This document shows, one piece after another, positions 10,229-20,027 of a DNA stretch of 64,000 nucleotides. The position numbers were made by a program, and so were the translations under genes. This DNA comes from an uncultured Bacteroidota bacterium. Lineage in GTDB: Bacteria > Bacteroidota > Ignavibacteria > UBA10030 > UBA6906. The notes beneath the pieces are model-generated. The model was not told the DNA's origin. It ran no database searches and worked only from the letters and a program-made list of their open reading frames with translations. Location: contig CAVOYH010000003.1 in assembly GCA_963700635.1 (NCBI GenBank), positions 1,664,001 to 1,728,000 on the forward strand. Reading direction: 5' to 3'. Position 1 is the first letter of the stretch. Each line of letters starts with the position of its first letter.

Positions 10229-10303
10229 AACACCGCAGAGCCGCAGAGAACACTGAAAGAAGGACTCCTTCAGGTATCGTGTTCTCTGTGACCCTGCGGT
10301 GTT
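10229..10303. repeat. REP-like 25-bp inverted repeat between convergent genes (probable bidirectional terminator)
   Basis: AACACCGCAGAGCCGCAGAGAACAC (10229-10253) and GTGTTCTCTGTGACCCTGCGGTGTT (10279-10303), 22/25 complementary. Confidence 0.75.
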
Positions 10304-10307
10304 TCTC

Positions 10308-12668
10308 TTAGCACTTGGACCAACCGCAGTTATAGCAGACCACACAACCACTTACGTGCTCCACGGTGCTTCCGCACTCTGGGCAGGTCGATACAGAGAT
10401 CGTGACAGGAGTCCGGGGTGGTCCAGCGGCGGTGCCGTCCGCCGGTTTTGCGGGTGAAGACGGGGCCCGTGAGGCCAGGATCTCCTCGCGTTCATCCAGA
10501 TATCGTTCGAGCACCTTTCCGATCGCGTCGGGCGTGGAGAGGATCTGTCCTCCCTGACCGTCCCAGACCGCCGTCGGACCGGAGATACCTTTCAGTTGCT
10601 TGATCAGCTCCCGGGGCTCGATGCCCGATCGAAGGGCAAGGGAAATCAGCCGGCTGATCGCTTCTGATTGTGCGGCGGCGTTCCCTCCGGCTTTGCCGAT
10701 GGTGGTGAAGACCTCGCACAGTCCGTTCTCGTCTTCATTGATCGTCACGTACAGATACCCTTCACCCGTCTTGACCCGTTCGGTGACGCCATGGGTCCGA
10801 TTGGGACGCTGCCGCGGGCCCTTCTGATGCCATCCCTCTGTCTTCGCCGGTTCCGGAGAGGGCTGCTTGCGGGCATATTCTTCTGTCTGAAGGATTCCCT
10901 CGCGACTTCCCTCGCGGTACACCGTAATTCCTTTGAGCCCCGCTTTGTATGCAGTCATATAGATGTCTGCAACCGTTTCGGCAGTCACGTGTTCGGCCAG
11001 ATTGACGGTGGAGGAGATGCTGCTATCTACGTACTTCTGGATGGCACCCTGCATCTTCACCCGGAAATACGGATCGATGTCGTGTGCGGTGACCACAAAG
11101 TCGGGCAGATGGGTATCGTCACCGAACAGTCGTTTCACGAGGGGGTGATAGACCTTGTATTCCGTGAACGTCTCCCCGTCGTGGTTCTTGACCCTCCTGC
11201 GGTAGCTGGTACAGAAGACCGGTTCGATGCCGGAGCTGGTCTGGGCAACGATGGAGCCGGTGCCGACCGGGGGAACGGTCAGGACTGTGCTGTTCCGGAT
11301 CCCGTACTTGCGGATGTCGGCCTGGATGTCGGCCGGGAGCGTCTGGACGAACTTGCTCCGGGAATACCCTTCCCACTCGAAGAGGGGAAACGGGCCTTTT
11401 TCGCGCGCGAGGGCAATTGAGGTCCGGTACGCCTCATCCCGGATGGTGCGCATGATACGTTCGGTTTCATCCAGCGCCTCCTGGGAATCATACCGGATCT
11501 TCATCAGCACGAGCGCATCGGCCAGCCCCGTGATGCCCAGTCCGATTCTCCGATCCGACGCGACCGCTTTGCGGATCTTCTCCAGCGCGTGGTTGTTCAT
11601 GTTGTAGTCGATGATATCGTCCATGAACCGTGTTGCGATCTGGGTGATTTCGGCGAGGCGTGTGTAGTCGAATCGCGCTTCCGCATCGACGAACCGGCTC
11701 AGGTTGATATTGCCGAGATTGCAGGCGGTGTACGATGCGAGGGGTTGTTCGCCGCAGGGGTTGGTGCTGGTGAGGGGATTTGCATATTCCACGTTGTGGA
11801 AGTCCCGCATGGTGTCCCAGAAAATGATGCCCGGCTCTGCGGATGCGTGGGCATTCTTGATGATCTTGAACCAGAGTTCGCGGGCATTCACCGAGCGGTA
11901 GGTCTTCCCACCCCATCGGAGATCGAACGACCGGTCGTGGGTAACCGCATCCATGAATTCATGGGTGATCAGCACGCTGATGTTGGCATACTGGACTTTG
12001 GCGCGGCGGGCATCGTTTTTGATGGTGATGAAGTGCTCGATGTCAGGGTGGTCGATGCGCATGGTCAGCATCAACGCGCCGCGGCGGCCTGCCTGGGAAA
12101 CCGTGTTCGTGCTTTCGCTGAACAGATTCATGAATGCGGTCGCACCGGGGGAGTGATCGATCGTGGCATTGACCTGAGCGCCTTCGGGGCGGAGCCGTGA
12201 AAGATCAGTGCCTACGCCGCCTCCCGTTCTGTACACCATGGCAGATTCGCTTAAGCACCGGTAGATACCTTCGAGACTGTCTTCTTCAATCGGGATGACG
12301 TAGCAATTGGAGAGGGTGGGGCGGCGGCGGGCGTCTTCCCGGCCCGCGCCATGCATCACGCGGCCTCCCGGCACGAATGCAAAATCGAAGAGGATTTCAA
12401 GGAAACGTCTCTGCCACTGGTCACGATTCACCGTTTCAACCGATGCAACGGCGCGCGCGATTCGATCCCACATGTGCATCGGTCCCTGCTCGTTCGGCGC
12501 AAGGTACTTCGACCGTAGCACGTCTGCAGCCAGCTCGTTATCACCATAGTAATCCCGGCAGTCGAGTGCCAGGTCCATGATGGTCTCATTCATGGGAATG
12601 GCCGGCGCGGGCGGTACGGTGGAACGTGTATCAAGAGCTGTGGTGGCAGGGGGTTCCTTGCGGGCCAT
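10308..12668 (-). CDS. nrdJ: Adenosylcobalamin-dependent (class II) ribonucleotide reductase
   Basis: SNCY, GGGVG.D.S.LRP, TNPCGEQPL, CNLG.INL, PPVGT, C-terminal TSCPD-like domain and CPEC..CYNC ribbon; GAAGGAG RBS before ATG at 12668. Confidence 0.93.
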   Translation of the reverse strand: MARKEPPATTALDTRSTVPPAPAIPMNETIMDLALDCRDYYGDNELAADVLRSKYLAPNEQGPMHMWDRIARAVASVETVNRDQWQRRFLEILFDFAFVPGGRVMHGAGREDARRRPTLSNCYVIPIEEDSLEGIYRCLSESAMVYRTGGGVGTDLSRLRPEGAQVNATIDHSPGATAFMNLFSESTNTVSQAGRRGALMLTMRIDHPDIEHFITIKNDARRAKVQYANISVLITHEFMDAVTHDRSFDLRWGGKTYRSVNARELWFKIIKNAHASAEPGIIFWDTMRDFHNVEYANPLTSTNPCGEQPLASYTACNLGNINLSRFVDAEARFDYTRLAEITQIATRFMDDIIDYNMNNHALEKIRKAVASDRRIGLGITGLADALVLMKIRYDSQEALDETERIMRTIRDEAYRTSIALAREKGPFPLFEWEGYSRSKFVQTLPADIQADIRKYGIRNSTVLTVPPVGTGSIVAQTSSGIEPVFCTSYRRRVKNHDGETFTEYKVYHPLVKRLFGDDTHLPDFVVTAHDIDPYFRVKMQGAIQKYVDSSISSTVNLAEHVTAETVADIYMTAYKAGLKGITVYREGSREGILQTEEYARKQPSPEPAKTEGWHQKGPRQRPNRTHGVTERVKTGEGYLYVTINEDENGLCEVFTTIGKAGGNAAAQSEAISRLISLALRSGIEPRELIKQLKGISGPTAVWDGQGGQILSTPDAIGKVLERYLDEREEILASRAPSSPAKPADGTAAGPPRTPVTISVSTCPECGSTVEHVSGCVVCYNCGWSKC

Positions 12669-12966
12669 GAATGCTCCTTCCATAACAAACGATATCGGAG
12701 ATCTGAAAAACAGCAAGCACGCATCCCCAACCCTCTCACACCCCGAGGGGGGTCAGCGTGCATACTATTGCGGGACAGAGGAATTCGCTGAGGTGCAGCC
12801 GGAGAGGGGGGATTGTACTTCGCTCTGGTGTCCTACAGGCATTTTTTCGGTAAAACCAGGCAATCCCGGTCCTCGGCGATTGTGGAATGCTGAATCCCAA
12901 TGAACGGCAACGACTTCCAGCCTTTACTTCCTGCGTTTATCGAGATAAACGAGGGTCACGGCGGAA

Positions 12967-12995
12967 AATATACGATGTTGTGATAGAGAAGTCAA
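12967..12995 (-). promoter_or_regulatory. Putative sigma70 promoter for nrdJ, overlapped by a weak NrdR-box-like site
   Basis: Minus strand TTGACT-17 nt-TATATT; ATATACGATGTTGTGA (12968-12983) matches the NrdR consensus in only about 10/16 positions. Confidence 0.55.
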
Positions 12996-13158
12996 GACTA
13001 ATTTCTTTCGAAACGATTCTTTTTCCATTTTTTCTTGCCTGAGGCTATATGAATCCATGCCTGTGCAGAAGTTGTCTCTTCCATTGTTGCATTTGACCTC
13101 GGCCGGCGGTATTTTCACTTGCTACCCATCCCCCTCCACAGAAGCAGGAACCCTCCCC

Positions 13159-14976
13159 ATGGCCGTCGCCGTCGCATTCTCGACTATTCCGGAGATGTTT
13201 CAGCGTTTGACTGAAAAATTCTCCCAGGATTCCCGACCAGTTCTCATGTTCAAGTCCGAAGGGACGTACAAAGGCATCTCCTACGTCGATCTTCGCACGA
13301 AAGTCGAACTTTTTGCATTCGGTCTGGCTGCGTTGGGGGTGAAACGGGGCGACCGCGTCGCCATCATCTCCGAGAATCGTCCTGAATGGGTCATCAGTGA
13401 TCAGGCTATAGTGGCGCTCGGGGCGGTGGACGTTCCATTGTATCCCACGATGACTGCCAAGCAATTCGAATACGTCTTCAACGATGCGGGCGTGAAGGTT
13501 GCTATCGTGTCGAACCAGTTCCAGCTGAATAAGGTCATGCGCATCTATCCGGATGTCAAGAGCCTGGAGAAAGTCATACTGATGGCCGAGAAGGGCCCGA
13601 TCCCGGAACCGGATACCCTGTCGTTTTCTGCCGTGACGGAGATGGGTGAAAAGGCACGGCAGGAAGACCCTGATCTTCTCAAAACCTGTCTCCGCATGGT
13701 GAAGCCCGAAGATCTCCTCACGCTCATCTATACGTCGGGGACGACCGGAAATCCCAAGGGGGTCATGCTGACGCACAACAATCTTGTAACCAATGTTATC
13801 AGTTCCGCGATCGTTATCGAGTTCGGTCCGTCAGACACGCTGCTCTCGTTTCTCCCTTTGAGCCACAGCTTTGAGCGGATGGCCGGGTACTACACGGCAT
13901 TGGCATGCGGGGCGACGATCGCGTATGCGGAGAGCGTGGAGACCGTCCGGGACAACATGCTGGAGGTCCGGCCGACGATCGTGACGACTGTTCCCCGCCT
14001 GTTCGAGAGGATCTACAGCCGTATCATGAAACAGGTGGATGCCGGCCCGCCGCTCCGCAGGAAGATCTTTCAGTGGGCCGTGACTGTGGGTCATGCCCAT
14101 GCCCAGGCAGCGAAAACCGGCTCCGTGACCATGGCGCTGCGCACACAGCGTGCCCTCGCAGACCGTCTGGTATTCGGCAAGATCCGCACCCGAACGGGGG
14201 GACGCATGCGGTTTTTTGTCAGCGGCGGCGCAGCCCTCGGCCGGGAATTCGGAGAGTTCTTCGAGGCCGTGGGGCTCAAGATTATCGAAGGATACGGCCT
14301 GACGGAAAGCTCGCCGGTCATTTCCGTCAACCGGCTGAACAACTACAAATTCGGCGCGGTGGGGCATCCCATCCCGGGGGTGGAGGTCCGGACCGCACAC
14401 GACGACGAAATCCTCGCGCGTGGCCCGAATATCATGAAAGGCTACTGGAATAACGAAGAAGCCACGAAACAGGCCATCGATGCGGAAGGATGGTTGCACA
14501 CGGGTGACATCGGCATCATCGATGCGGAGGGGTTCATCCATATCACCGACAGGAAAAAGCACCTGTTCGTGAGCTCCGGAGGGAAGAATATTGCTCCGCA
14601 GCCTATTGAGAACCTCTTCCTCTCCAACAAGTACATCGAGCAGTTTATGCTCATCGGTGACCGCCGCATGTTCCTTACAGCCCTCATCGTCCCGGATTTT
14701 GACGCGCTCAAGGAGTACGCGGACGCACGCAACATCGAATACGGATCGACGGCTGACCTGGTCAAGGTTCCCGAGGTCAATGACCTGATCGACAAGGAAA
14801 TCGCGAAGATCCAGCGCGATCTGGCAAACTATGAACGGGTCCGGAGATTTACGCTCCTGGAGAAGCAGTTCTCGATAGAAGAGGGGGAGCTGACGCCAAC
14901 CCAGAAAGTCCGCCGCAAGATCATCGAAGAGCGATATTCCAACCTCATCGACAGCATGTATGAGGGGATCAGCTGA
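13159..14976 (+). CDS. fadD: Long-chain fatty acid-CoA ligase (AMP-binding)
   Basis: IYTSGTTGNPKGVMLTH, EGYGLTE, GWLHTGDIG, TDRKK..F..SGGKNIAPQ.IE. Confidence 0.9.
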   Translation: MAVAVAFSTIPEMFQRLTEKFSQDSRPVLMFKSEGTYKGISYVDLRTKVELFAFGLAALGVKRGDRVAIISENRPEWVISDQAIVALGAVDVPLYPTMTAKQFEYVFNDAGVKVAIVSNQFQLNKVMRIYPDVKSLEKVILMAEKGPIPEPDTLSFSAVTEMGEKARQEDPDLLKTCLRMVKPEDLLTLIYTSGTTGNPKGVMLTHNNLVTNVISSAIVIEFGPSDTLLSFLPLSHSFERMAGYYTALACGATIAYAESVETVRDNMLEVRPTIVTTVPRLFERIYSRIMKQVDAGPPLRRKIFQWAVTVGHAHAQAAKTGSVTMALRTQRALADRLVFGKIRTRTGGRMRFFVSGGAALGREFGEFFEAVGLKIIEGYGLTESSPVISVNRLNNYKFGAVGHPIPGVEVRTAHDDEILARGPNIMKGYWNNEEATKQAIDAEGWLHTGDIGIIDAEGFIHITDRKKHLFVSSGGKNIAPQPIENLFLSNKYIEQFMLIGDRRMFLTALIVPDFDALKEYADARNIEYGSTADLVKVPEVNDLIDKEIAKIQRDLANYERVRRFTLLEKQFSIEEGELTPTQKVRRKIIEERYSNLIDSMYEGIS

Positions 14977-14992
14977 GAAAAGGGCCAATTTG

Positions 14993-15021
14993 TTGACATT
15001 CAGGGCCCATTTGAGTACATT
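14993..15021 (+). promoter_or_regulatory. Putative sigma70 promoter of nuo operon
   Basis: TTGACA-17 nt-TACATT. Confidence 0.65.
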
Positions 15022-15077
15022 ACACCCCTGAGGTAAAACTTTCCTCCCCCGTTGGTGTTATTACGACAAGAGGCGGC

Positions 15078-15434
15078 ATGATAGAGCAGTACATTCCCAT
15101 CGCCTTGATGATTCTGATCGGTGTCGTTGCCGGGCTCGTCTTCACCAACATCAACCGCTGGCTGGGTCCGCGCAAACCGAGCGAGGAAAAGCTCTCGACA
15201 TATGAAAGCGGCATGGAACCGGTCCGGACCGCGCGCGAACGGTTTTCGGTGAAGTTCTATCTGGTGGCGATGTTGTTCATCGTCTTTGATATCGAGATCG
15301 TTTTCATGTACCCGTGGGCGGTGGTGTTCCGGCGCCTCGACCCCGCTGGCATCGTGGGGATGGCTTTTTTCCTCCTTATACTTGTGATCGGTCTGGTGTA
15401 CGAATGGCGCAAAGGCGGGATGGACTGGAAGTGA
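15078..15434 (+). CDS. nuoA: NADH-quinone oxidoreductase subunit A
   Basis: K.STYESG, FSVKFYLVAMLFIVFDIE..F.YPWAV, YEWRKG. Confidence 0.95.
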   Translation: MIEQYIPIALMILIGVVAGLVFTNINRWLGPRKPSEEKLSTYESGMEPVRTARERFSVKFYLVAMLFIVFDIEIVFMYPWAVVFRRLDPAGIVGMAFFLLILVIGLVYEWRKGGMDWK

Positions 15435-15518
15435 CGAAGACATGATTGAGGATAGACGCTTGGAGCGTAAGAATTGCATGGAGTGTGATGCGTACGGGTA
15501 TGAGAGGAGCGATGGGTG

Positions 15519-16037
15519 ATGGGTCTTGATCAGTTGCAGGGTGACGGGTTTCTGACGACCCGCCTCGATGAAGTGATCGGATGGGCGCGCAAGAATTCCC
15601 TCTGGCCGATGCCGATGGGGATCTCATGCTGCGCCATTGAAATGATGGCAACGGCTTCTCCACGCTTCGACATTTCACGGTTCGGGTCTGAAGTGATGCG
15701 CTTCACCCCCCGCCAGTGCGACGTCATGATTGTAGCGGGAACGGTGACCTACAAGATGTCCAGGGTCGTTCGCAAGATTTACGACCAGATGCCCGACCCC
15801 AAATGGGTCATTTCCATGGGTGCCTGTGCGTCGTCCGGCGGGATGTTCCGTTCCTATTCCGTCGTCCAGGGCATTGACCAGTTCATGCCCGTCGATGTAT
15901 TTGTGGCCGGGTGTCCACCCCGACCGGAGGCTCTTCTGCACGCGCTGATCGAGCTTCAGAAGAAGATTCAGGCGGACCACAGCGGCGGGCGGGCCGTGCG
16001 CAGTGCACCACTCACCATTCCGGAACCGGTGTCATGA
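15519..16037 (+). CDS. nuoB: NADH-quinone oxidoreductase subunit B
   Basis: SLWP...[40 protein letters not shown]. Confidence 0.96.
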   Translation: MGLDQLQGDGFLTTRLDEVIGWARKNSLWPMPMGISCCAIEMMATASPRFDISRFGSEVMRFTPRQCDVMIVAGTVTYKMSRVVRKIYDQMPDPKWVISMGACASSGGMFRSYSVVQGIDQFMPVDVFVAGCPPRPEALLHALIELQKKIQADHSGGRAVRSAPLTIPEPVS

Positions 16038-16516
16038 CGCAGGAGTTGCTCGACCGGATCACCGCGGTCTGTTCACCCCACATTCGTTCTTCCACGGAGT
16101 TCCGCGGAGAGCTGACGCTCCTCGTGAATGCCCCCGATATCGTGCGGGTCTGCGAGATCCTGAAATCCGATCCCCATCTCGGGTTTGATCTTCTTGTCGA
16201 TATTACGGCGGTCGACTACTACCGGCCCACGAACCGCTTTGAAGTTGTGTATCACCTCTATGCAATCGGTCTCAAGCAGTATCTCCGCCTGAAGGTGCAG
16301 GTGGACGAGGAGCATCCGGTTGTGTCAACGGTGACGGGTGTCTGGCCCGCAGCCAACTGGCACGAGCGGGAGACGTTTGACATGTTCGGAATCCGGTTTG
16401 AGGGTCACCCCGACCTCCGCCGGCTCTACATGCCGGAAGAATTTGAGTACCATCCTCTGCGCAAGGATTTCCCGCTGATAGGGATTCCCGACTCGCTCCC
16501 CCTTCCCCGGAGGTAG
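16034..16516 (+). CDS. nuoC: NADH-quinone oxidoreductase subunit C
   Basis: [39 protein letters not shown]. Confidence 0.95.
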   Translation: MTQELLDRITAVCSPHIRSSTEFRGELTLLVNAPDIVRVCEILKSDPHLGFDLLVDITAVDYYRPTNRFEVVYHLYAIGLKQYLRLKVQVDEEHPVVSTVTGVWPAANWHERETFDMFGIRFEGHPDLRRLYMPEEFEYHPLRKDFPLIGIPDSLPLPRR

Positions 16517-16557
16517 GGGGAGCGCATCTGTTCCACCACGTTCATCGGAATTCGTTC

Positions 16558-17814
16558 GTGCCATCAAAGACCACAGACGACACACGGCGCAGCCAGATTC
16601 TGGCAGCTCTTGAGGACCAGGACACATCGGTGTCCCTCGAAGACCCGCTGCAGAACACCATGATCCTGAACATGGGTCCCCAGCACCCTGCCACACATGG
16701 TGTGCTCCGGCTGCTCATCAAGCTTGACGGTGAGACCGTTCTTGCGGCTGTTCCGGAACTCGGCTACCTCCACCGCGGATACGAGAAGATTGCGGAAGCG
16801 AGCACGTATCACGAGTTCATTCCGCACACGGACCGGCTTGACTATCTCTCCCCCATTTCCAATAACGTCGGATATGTCCTGGCGGTCGAAAAGCTCGCCG
16901 GTATTGATGTGCCACGGCGCGCTCAGTTCATCCGTGTTCTGGTCTGCGAAATGGCCCGGGTTGCGTCCCACCTTGTTGCCGTCGGCAGCATGGCAATGGA
17001 TGTGGGCGCTCTGACCGTGCTGCTCTGGACATTCCGGGAACGGGAGAAGCTGCTGGACATTTATGACGTTCTGTGCGGAGCGCGGTTTACAACCAGTTAT
17101 ACGCGAATCGGCGGGCTCCAGCAGGACTGGACGCCACAGTGCACCGCAATGCTGACGAGTTTTCTGGACGAGTTTGAGCGTGACCTGGCCGATGTCGGTT
17201 CCCTCCTCCGTACAAACAGAATCTTCATCGATCGGTGTGAGAACGTCGGGTATCTCTCCCGGGAGCAGGCCATCGCCTGGGGTGTGACGGGTCCTTTGCT
17301 TCGGGCGGCGGGTGTTCCACGCGACCTCCGCAGGGACGTGCCGTATCTGGTGTACCCGGAGCTGGAGTTCGACGTGGTGACGCTGACGGAAAGTGACGCC
17401 CTTGCGCGCTTTTACGTCCGTATGGCGGAAATGCGCGAGAGCACTCACCTGTTACGCCAGGCGCTCGACAAACTCCCCGACGGTCCGTACAATGCTTTCG
17501 AGACAAAACGTGTGCTCCCGAAAAAGGAACGCACCTATACCAAGATGGAGGAGTTGATCCACGATTTCATGCTCATCAATCTCGGGATCGACCCACCCAT
17601 CGGTGAAGTGTATCACGCCATAGAGTCTTCCAAAGGAGAACTGGGGTTCTATATTGTCTCCGACGGTACCGGCCATCCATGGCGGATGAAAATACGCTCC
17701 CCATCAACCTGCAACCTCTCCGCGCTTCCTCTCATGCTCAAAGGAGGTATGATCTCGGATATCGTGGCGGTGATCGGCAGTCTGGATCCGGTCATGGGGG
17801 AAGCGGATAAATAA
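16558..17814 (+). CDS. nuoD: NADH-quinone oxidoreductase subunit D
   Basis: NMGPQHPATHGVLRL, GYLHRG.EK, DRLDY, ESSKGELG, GSLDPVMGEADK. Confidence 0.96.
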   Translation: MPSKTTDDTRRSQILAALEDQDTSVSLEDPLQNTMILNMGPQHPATHGVLRLLIKLDGETVLAAVPELGYLHRGYEKIAEASTYHEFIPHTDRLDYLSPISNNVGYVLAVEKLAGIDVPRRAQFIRVLVCEMARVASHLVAVGSMAMDVGALTVLLWTFREREKLLDIYDVLCGARFTTSYTRIGGLQQDWTPQCTAMLTSFLDEFERDLADVGSLLRTNRIFIDRCENVGYLSREQAIAWGVTGPLLRAAGVPRDLRRDVPYLVYPELEFDVVTLTESDALARFYVRMAEMRESTHLLRQALDKLPDGPYNAFETKRVLPKKERTYTKMEELIHDFMLINLGIDPPIGEVYHAIESSKGELGFYIVSDGTGHPWRMKIRSPSTCNLSALPLMLKGGMISDIVAVIGSLDPVMGEADK

Positions 17815-17843
17815 CAGGCCGGAACGAGCAGAGACCATTGACG

Positions 17844-18332
17844 ATGAAGAACGAACAACACCCCGCAGTCCTTTCCGAAAAGAGCCTGCAGAGGATCGAA
17901 GAACTTAAGAAACGCTACCCGCATCCCCAGGCAGTTGTTCTGGAAGCTCTCTGGATGTGGCAGGGGGAACACGGATGGATCTCGCAGGAGGGAATGCAGT
18001 ACGTTGCATCACTCCTCCAGATCCCCGAGCACCACGTGTATGGCGTTGTGACGTTTTATACGATGTTTAATCGCACACCGCAGGGGCGGCATAAGATTGA
18101 AGTGTGCACGAACGTCTCCTGCATGCTGCGCAACAGCGAGCGCATCCTCCGCCACCTCGAAGACCGCCTCCAGATCAAGACCGGGGAAACGACGCCGGAC
18201 CAGCGGTTTACGCTGGTCGAAGCAGAGTGCCTCGGATCCTGCGGCACGGCACCGGTGATTCAGGTGGGGGACCGCTATTACGAGAACCTCGACACGGACA
18301 AGCTCGATGGCCTCCTCAGGGAGCTGGAATAA
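17844..18332 (+). CDS. nuoE: NADH-quinone oxidoreductase subunit E
   Basis: VVTFYTMF, CTNVSC...ECLGSC 2Fe-2S ligands. Confidence 0.94.
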   Translation: MKNEQHPAVLSEKSLQRIEELKKRYPHPQAVVLEALWMWQGEHGWISQEGMQYVASLLQIPEHHVYGVVTFYTMFNRTPQGRHKIEVCTNVSCMLRNSERILRHLEDRLQIKTGETTPDQRFTLVEAECLGSCGTAPVIQVGDRYYENLDTDKLDGLLRELE

Positions 18333-18333
18333 C

Positions 18334-19584
18334 ATGGACCCTGTGCTCCTTCCCGCGATTCCCGACTACCACACGATGAGCGTCTATGAGGCGCATGGTG
18401 GGTATGCGATGCTGCGCAAAGCCCTCGGCATGAAACCCGAAGAGGTAACCGATGAAGTGAAACGGTCCAATCTCCGCGGACGAGGCGGCGCCTGTTTTCC
18501 TACCGGGCTCAAATGGACCTTCATGCCGAGGGAGACGACCAAACCCAAGTATCTCTGCATCAACGGAGACGAAAGCGAACCCGGAACCTTCAAAGACCGC
18601 CAGATTTTTGAGCAGAACCCCCACCTGATGATCGAAGGTGCGATCATTGCCTGCTTCGCGATGGGTGTGGCGACCGCCTACCTCTATATCCGGGGCGAAT
18701 ACAAGCACTGGATCGATCTCGTCCAGATTGCGGTGGACGACGCCTACGCGCGCGGATACCTGGGAAAGAATATCCTGGGATCCGGTTTCAGCATGGACCT
18801 CTGGCTGCACCGCGGAGCAGGTGCGTACATCTGCGGGGAAGAATCTTCCCTCATGAATTCTCTCGAAGGGCACCGGGGGTACCCCCGCGTAAAACCTCCA
18901 TTTCCGGCACAGAACGGTCTCTGGGGATGCCCGACGACCATCAACAATGTGGAGACCATTGCCAACGTTCCGATCATCCTGCGTCTCGGAGCGGAGTCAT
19001 ATGGCAAGATCGGCGCTCCGAAACATCCCGGTCCCCTCCTCGTCGGGGTCAGCGGCCATGTCAACAAACCGGGTGTGTACGAGATGCCGACTGGTGTGCC
19101 TCTCCTGGATATCATCTATAATTATGCCGGCGGTATTCCGGGAAAGAAAGCCATCAAAGCTGTTATCCCCGGCGGATCGTCAACGATGATCCTCCGTGGC
19201 GATGCGTTGGACGGCGTGTGCATGGATATTGACAGCCTCAAAGCCGCCGGAAGCTCCGTGGGCACGGCGGGCCTGATAGTGATGGACGAAGACACGGACC
19301 TGATCAAGGTGATCACCCGCATCACCAGGTTCTATCATCACGAGTCATGCGGACAGTGCACGCCCTGCCGGGAAGGGACGGGATGGATGGAGAAGATTCT
19401 CAATCGATTTGTGGAGCACAACGCAACGGCGGCCGACATCGATCTGCTCCTCGATGTCGCCAACAACATTGAAGGGAACACCATCTGTGCTCTGGGAGAC
19501 GCAGCTGCCTGGCCGGTCCAGAGCATGATACGCCGGTTCCGGGACGAGTTTGAACGGTGTACGCTGCAACCGGAAACAGCGTGA
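18334..19584 (+). CDS. nuoF: NADH-quinone oxidoreductase subunit F
   Basis: [54 protein letters not shown]. Confidence 0.96.
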   Translation: MDPVLLPAIPDYHTMSVYEAHGGYAMLRKALGMKPEEVTDEVKRSNLRGRGGACFPTGLKWTFMPRETTKPKYLCINGDESEPGTFKDRQIFEQNPHLMIEGAIIACFAMGVATAYLYIRGEYKHWIDLVQIAVDDAYARGYLGKNILGSGFSMDLWLHRGAGAYICGEESSLMNSLEGHRGYPRVKPPFPAQNGLWGCPTTINNVETIANVPIILRLGAESYGKIGAPKHPGPLLVGVSGHVNKPGVYEMPTGVPLLDIIYNYAGGIPGKKAIKAVIPGGSSTMILRGDALDGVCMDIDSLKAAGSSVGTAGLIVMDEDTDLIKVITRITRFYHHESCGQCTPCREGTGWMEKILNRFVEHNATAADIDLLLDVANNIEGNTICALGDAAAWPVQSMIRRFRDEFERCTLQPETA

Positions 19585-20024
19585 AAATCCAGATTGCAAG
19601 GCTCTCGGAGAGTACACGGGATATCCCGCTTCCGTCGTACGCGACGGAAGGGTCGGCCGGCATGGATATCCGGGCAGCGGTCGATGACGAGATGATCGTC
19701 GGGCCCGGTGCCACGGTTCTGATCCCGACGGGATTCGCCATCGCCGTCCCCCCCGGATATGAAGCCCAGGTTCGCCCCCGCAGCGGACTCGCCATAAAGC
19801 ATCAGATAGGCGTCCTGAATTCTCCAGGCACCATCGATTCGGACTACCGGGGTGAGGTGCGGATTATCATCTCGAATTTTGGTGACGCTCCGTTTCCCGT
19901 TCGCCGGGGTGACCGGATCGCCCAGATGGTCATTGCGCCATACGTCCGGGCCGAATGGGAGGAACGTGGATCGCTGGATGCGACAGGGCGGGGGGCAGGT
20001 GGATTCGGCCATACGGGGAGGTGA
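19581..20024 (+). CDS. dut: dUTP diphosphatase
   Basis: [41 protein letters not shown]; GTGA overlap with nuoF stop. Confidence 0.96.
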   Translation: MKIQIARLSESTRDIPLPSYATEGSAGMDIRAAVDDEMIVGPGATVLIPTGFAIAVPPGYEAQVRPRSGLAIKHQIGVLNSPGTIDSDYRGEVRIIISNFGDAPFPVRRGDRIAQMVIAPYVRAEWEERGSLDATGRGAGGFGHTGR

Positions 20025-20027
20025 GTG

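Noticed and set aside
10308-12668. Intein or intron in nrdJ
   Set aside because: Continuous ORF of normal length with no splice-junction or homing endonuclease motifs.
12764-12779. Cobalamin riboswitch suggested by minus-strand CTGTCCCGCAATAGTA
   Set aside because: Lacks the adjacent GGGAA-P4 T-loop and the 3' B12 box (AGYCAGRARACCUGCC); B12 riboswitches usually control B12-independent isoenzymes rather than nrdJ.
12768-12901. 6S or SRP RNA identity for the long rod-like hairpin
   Set aside because: No SRP GGAA tetraloop domain consensus, no clear 6S central bubble or usual gene context; kept only as an unknown structure.
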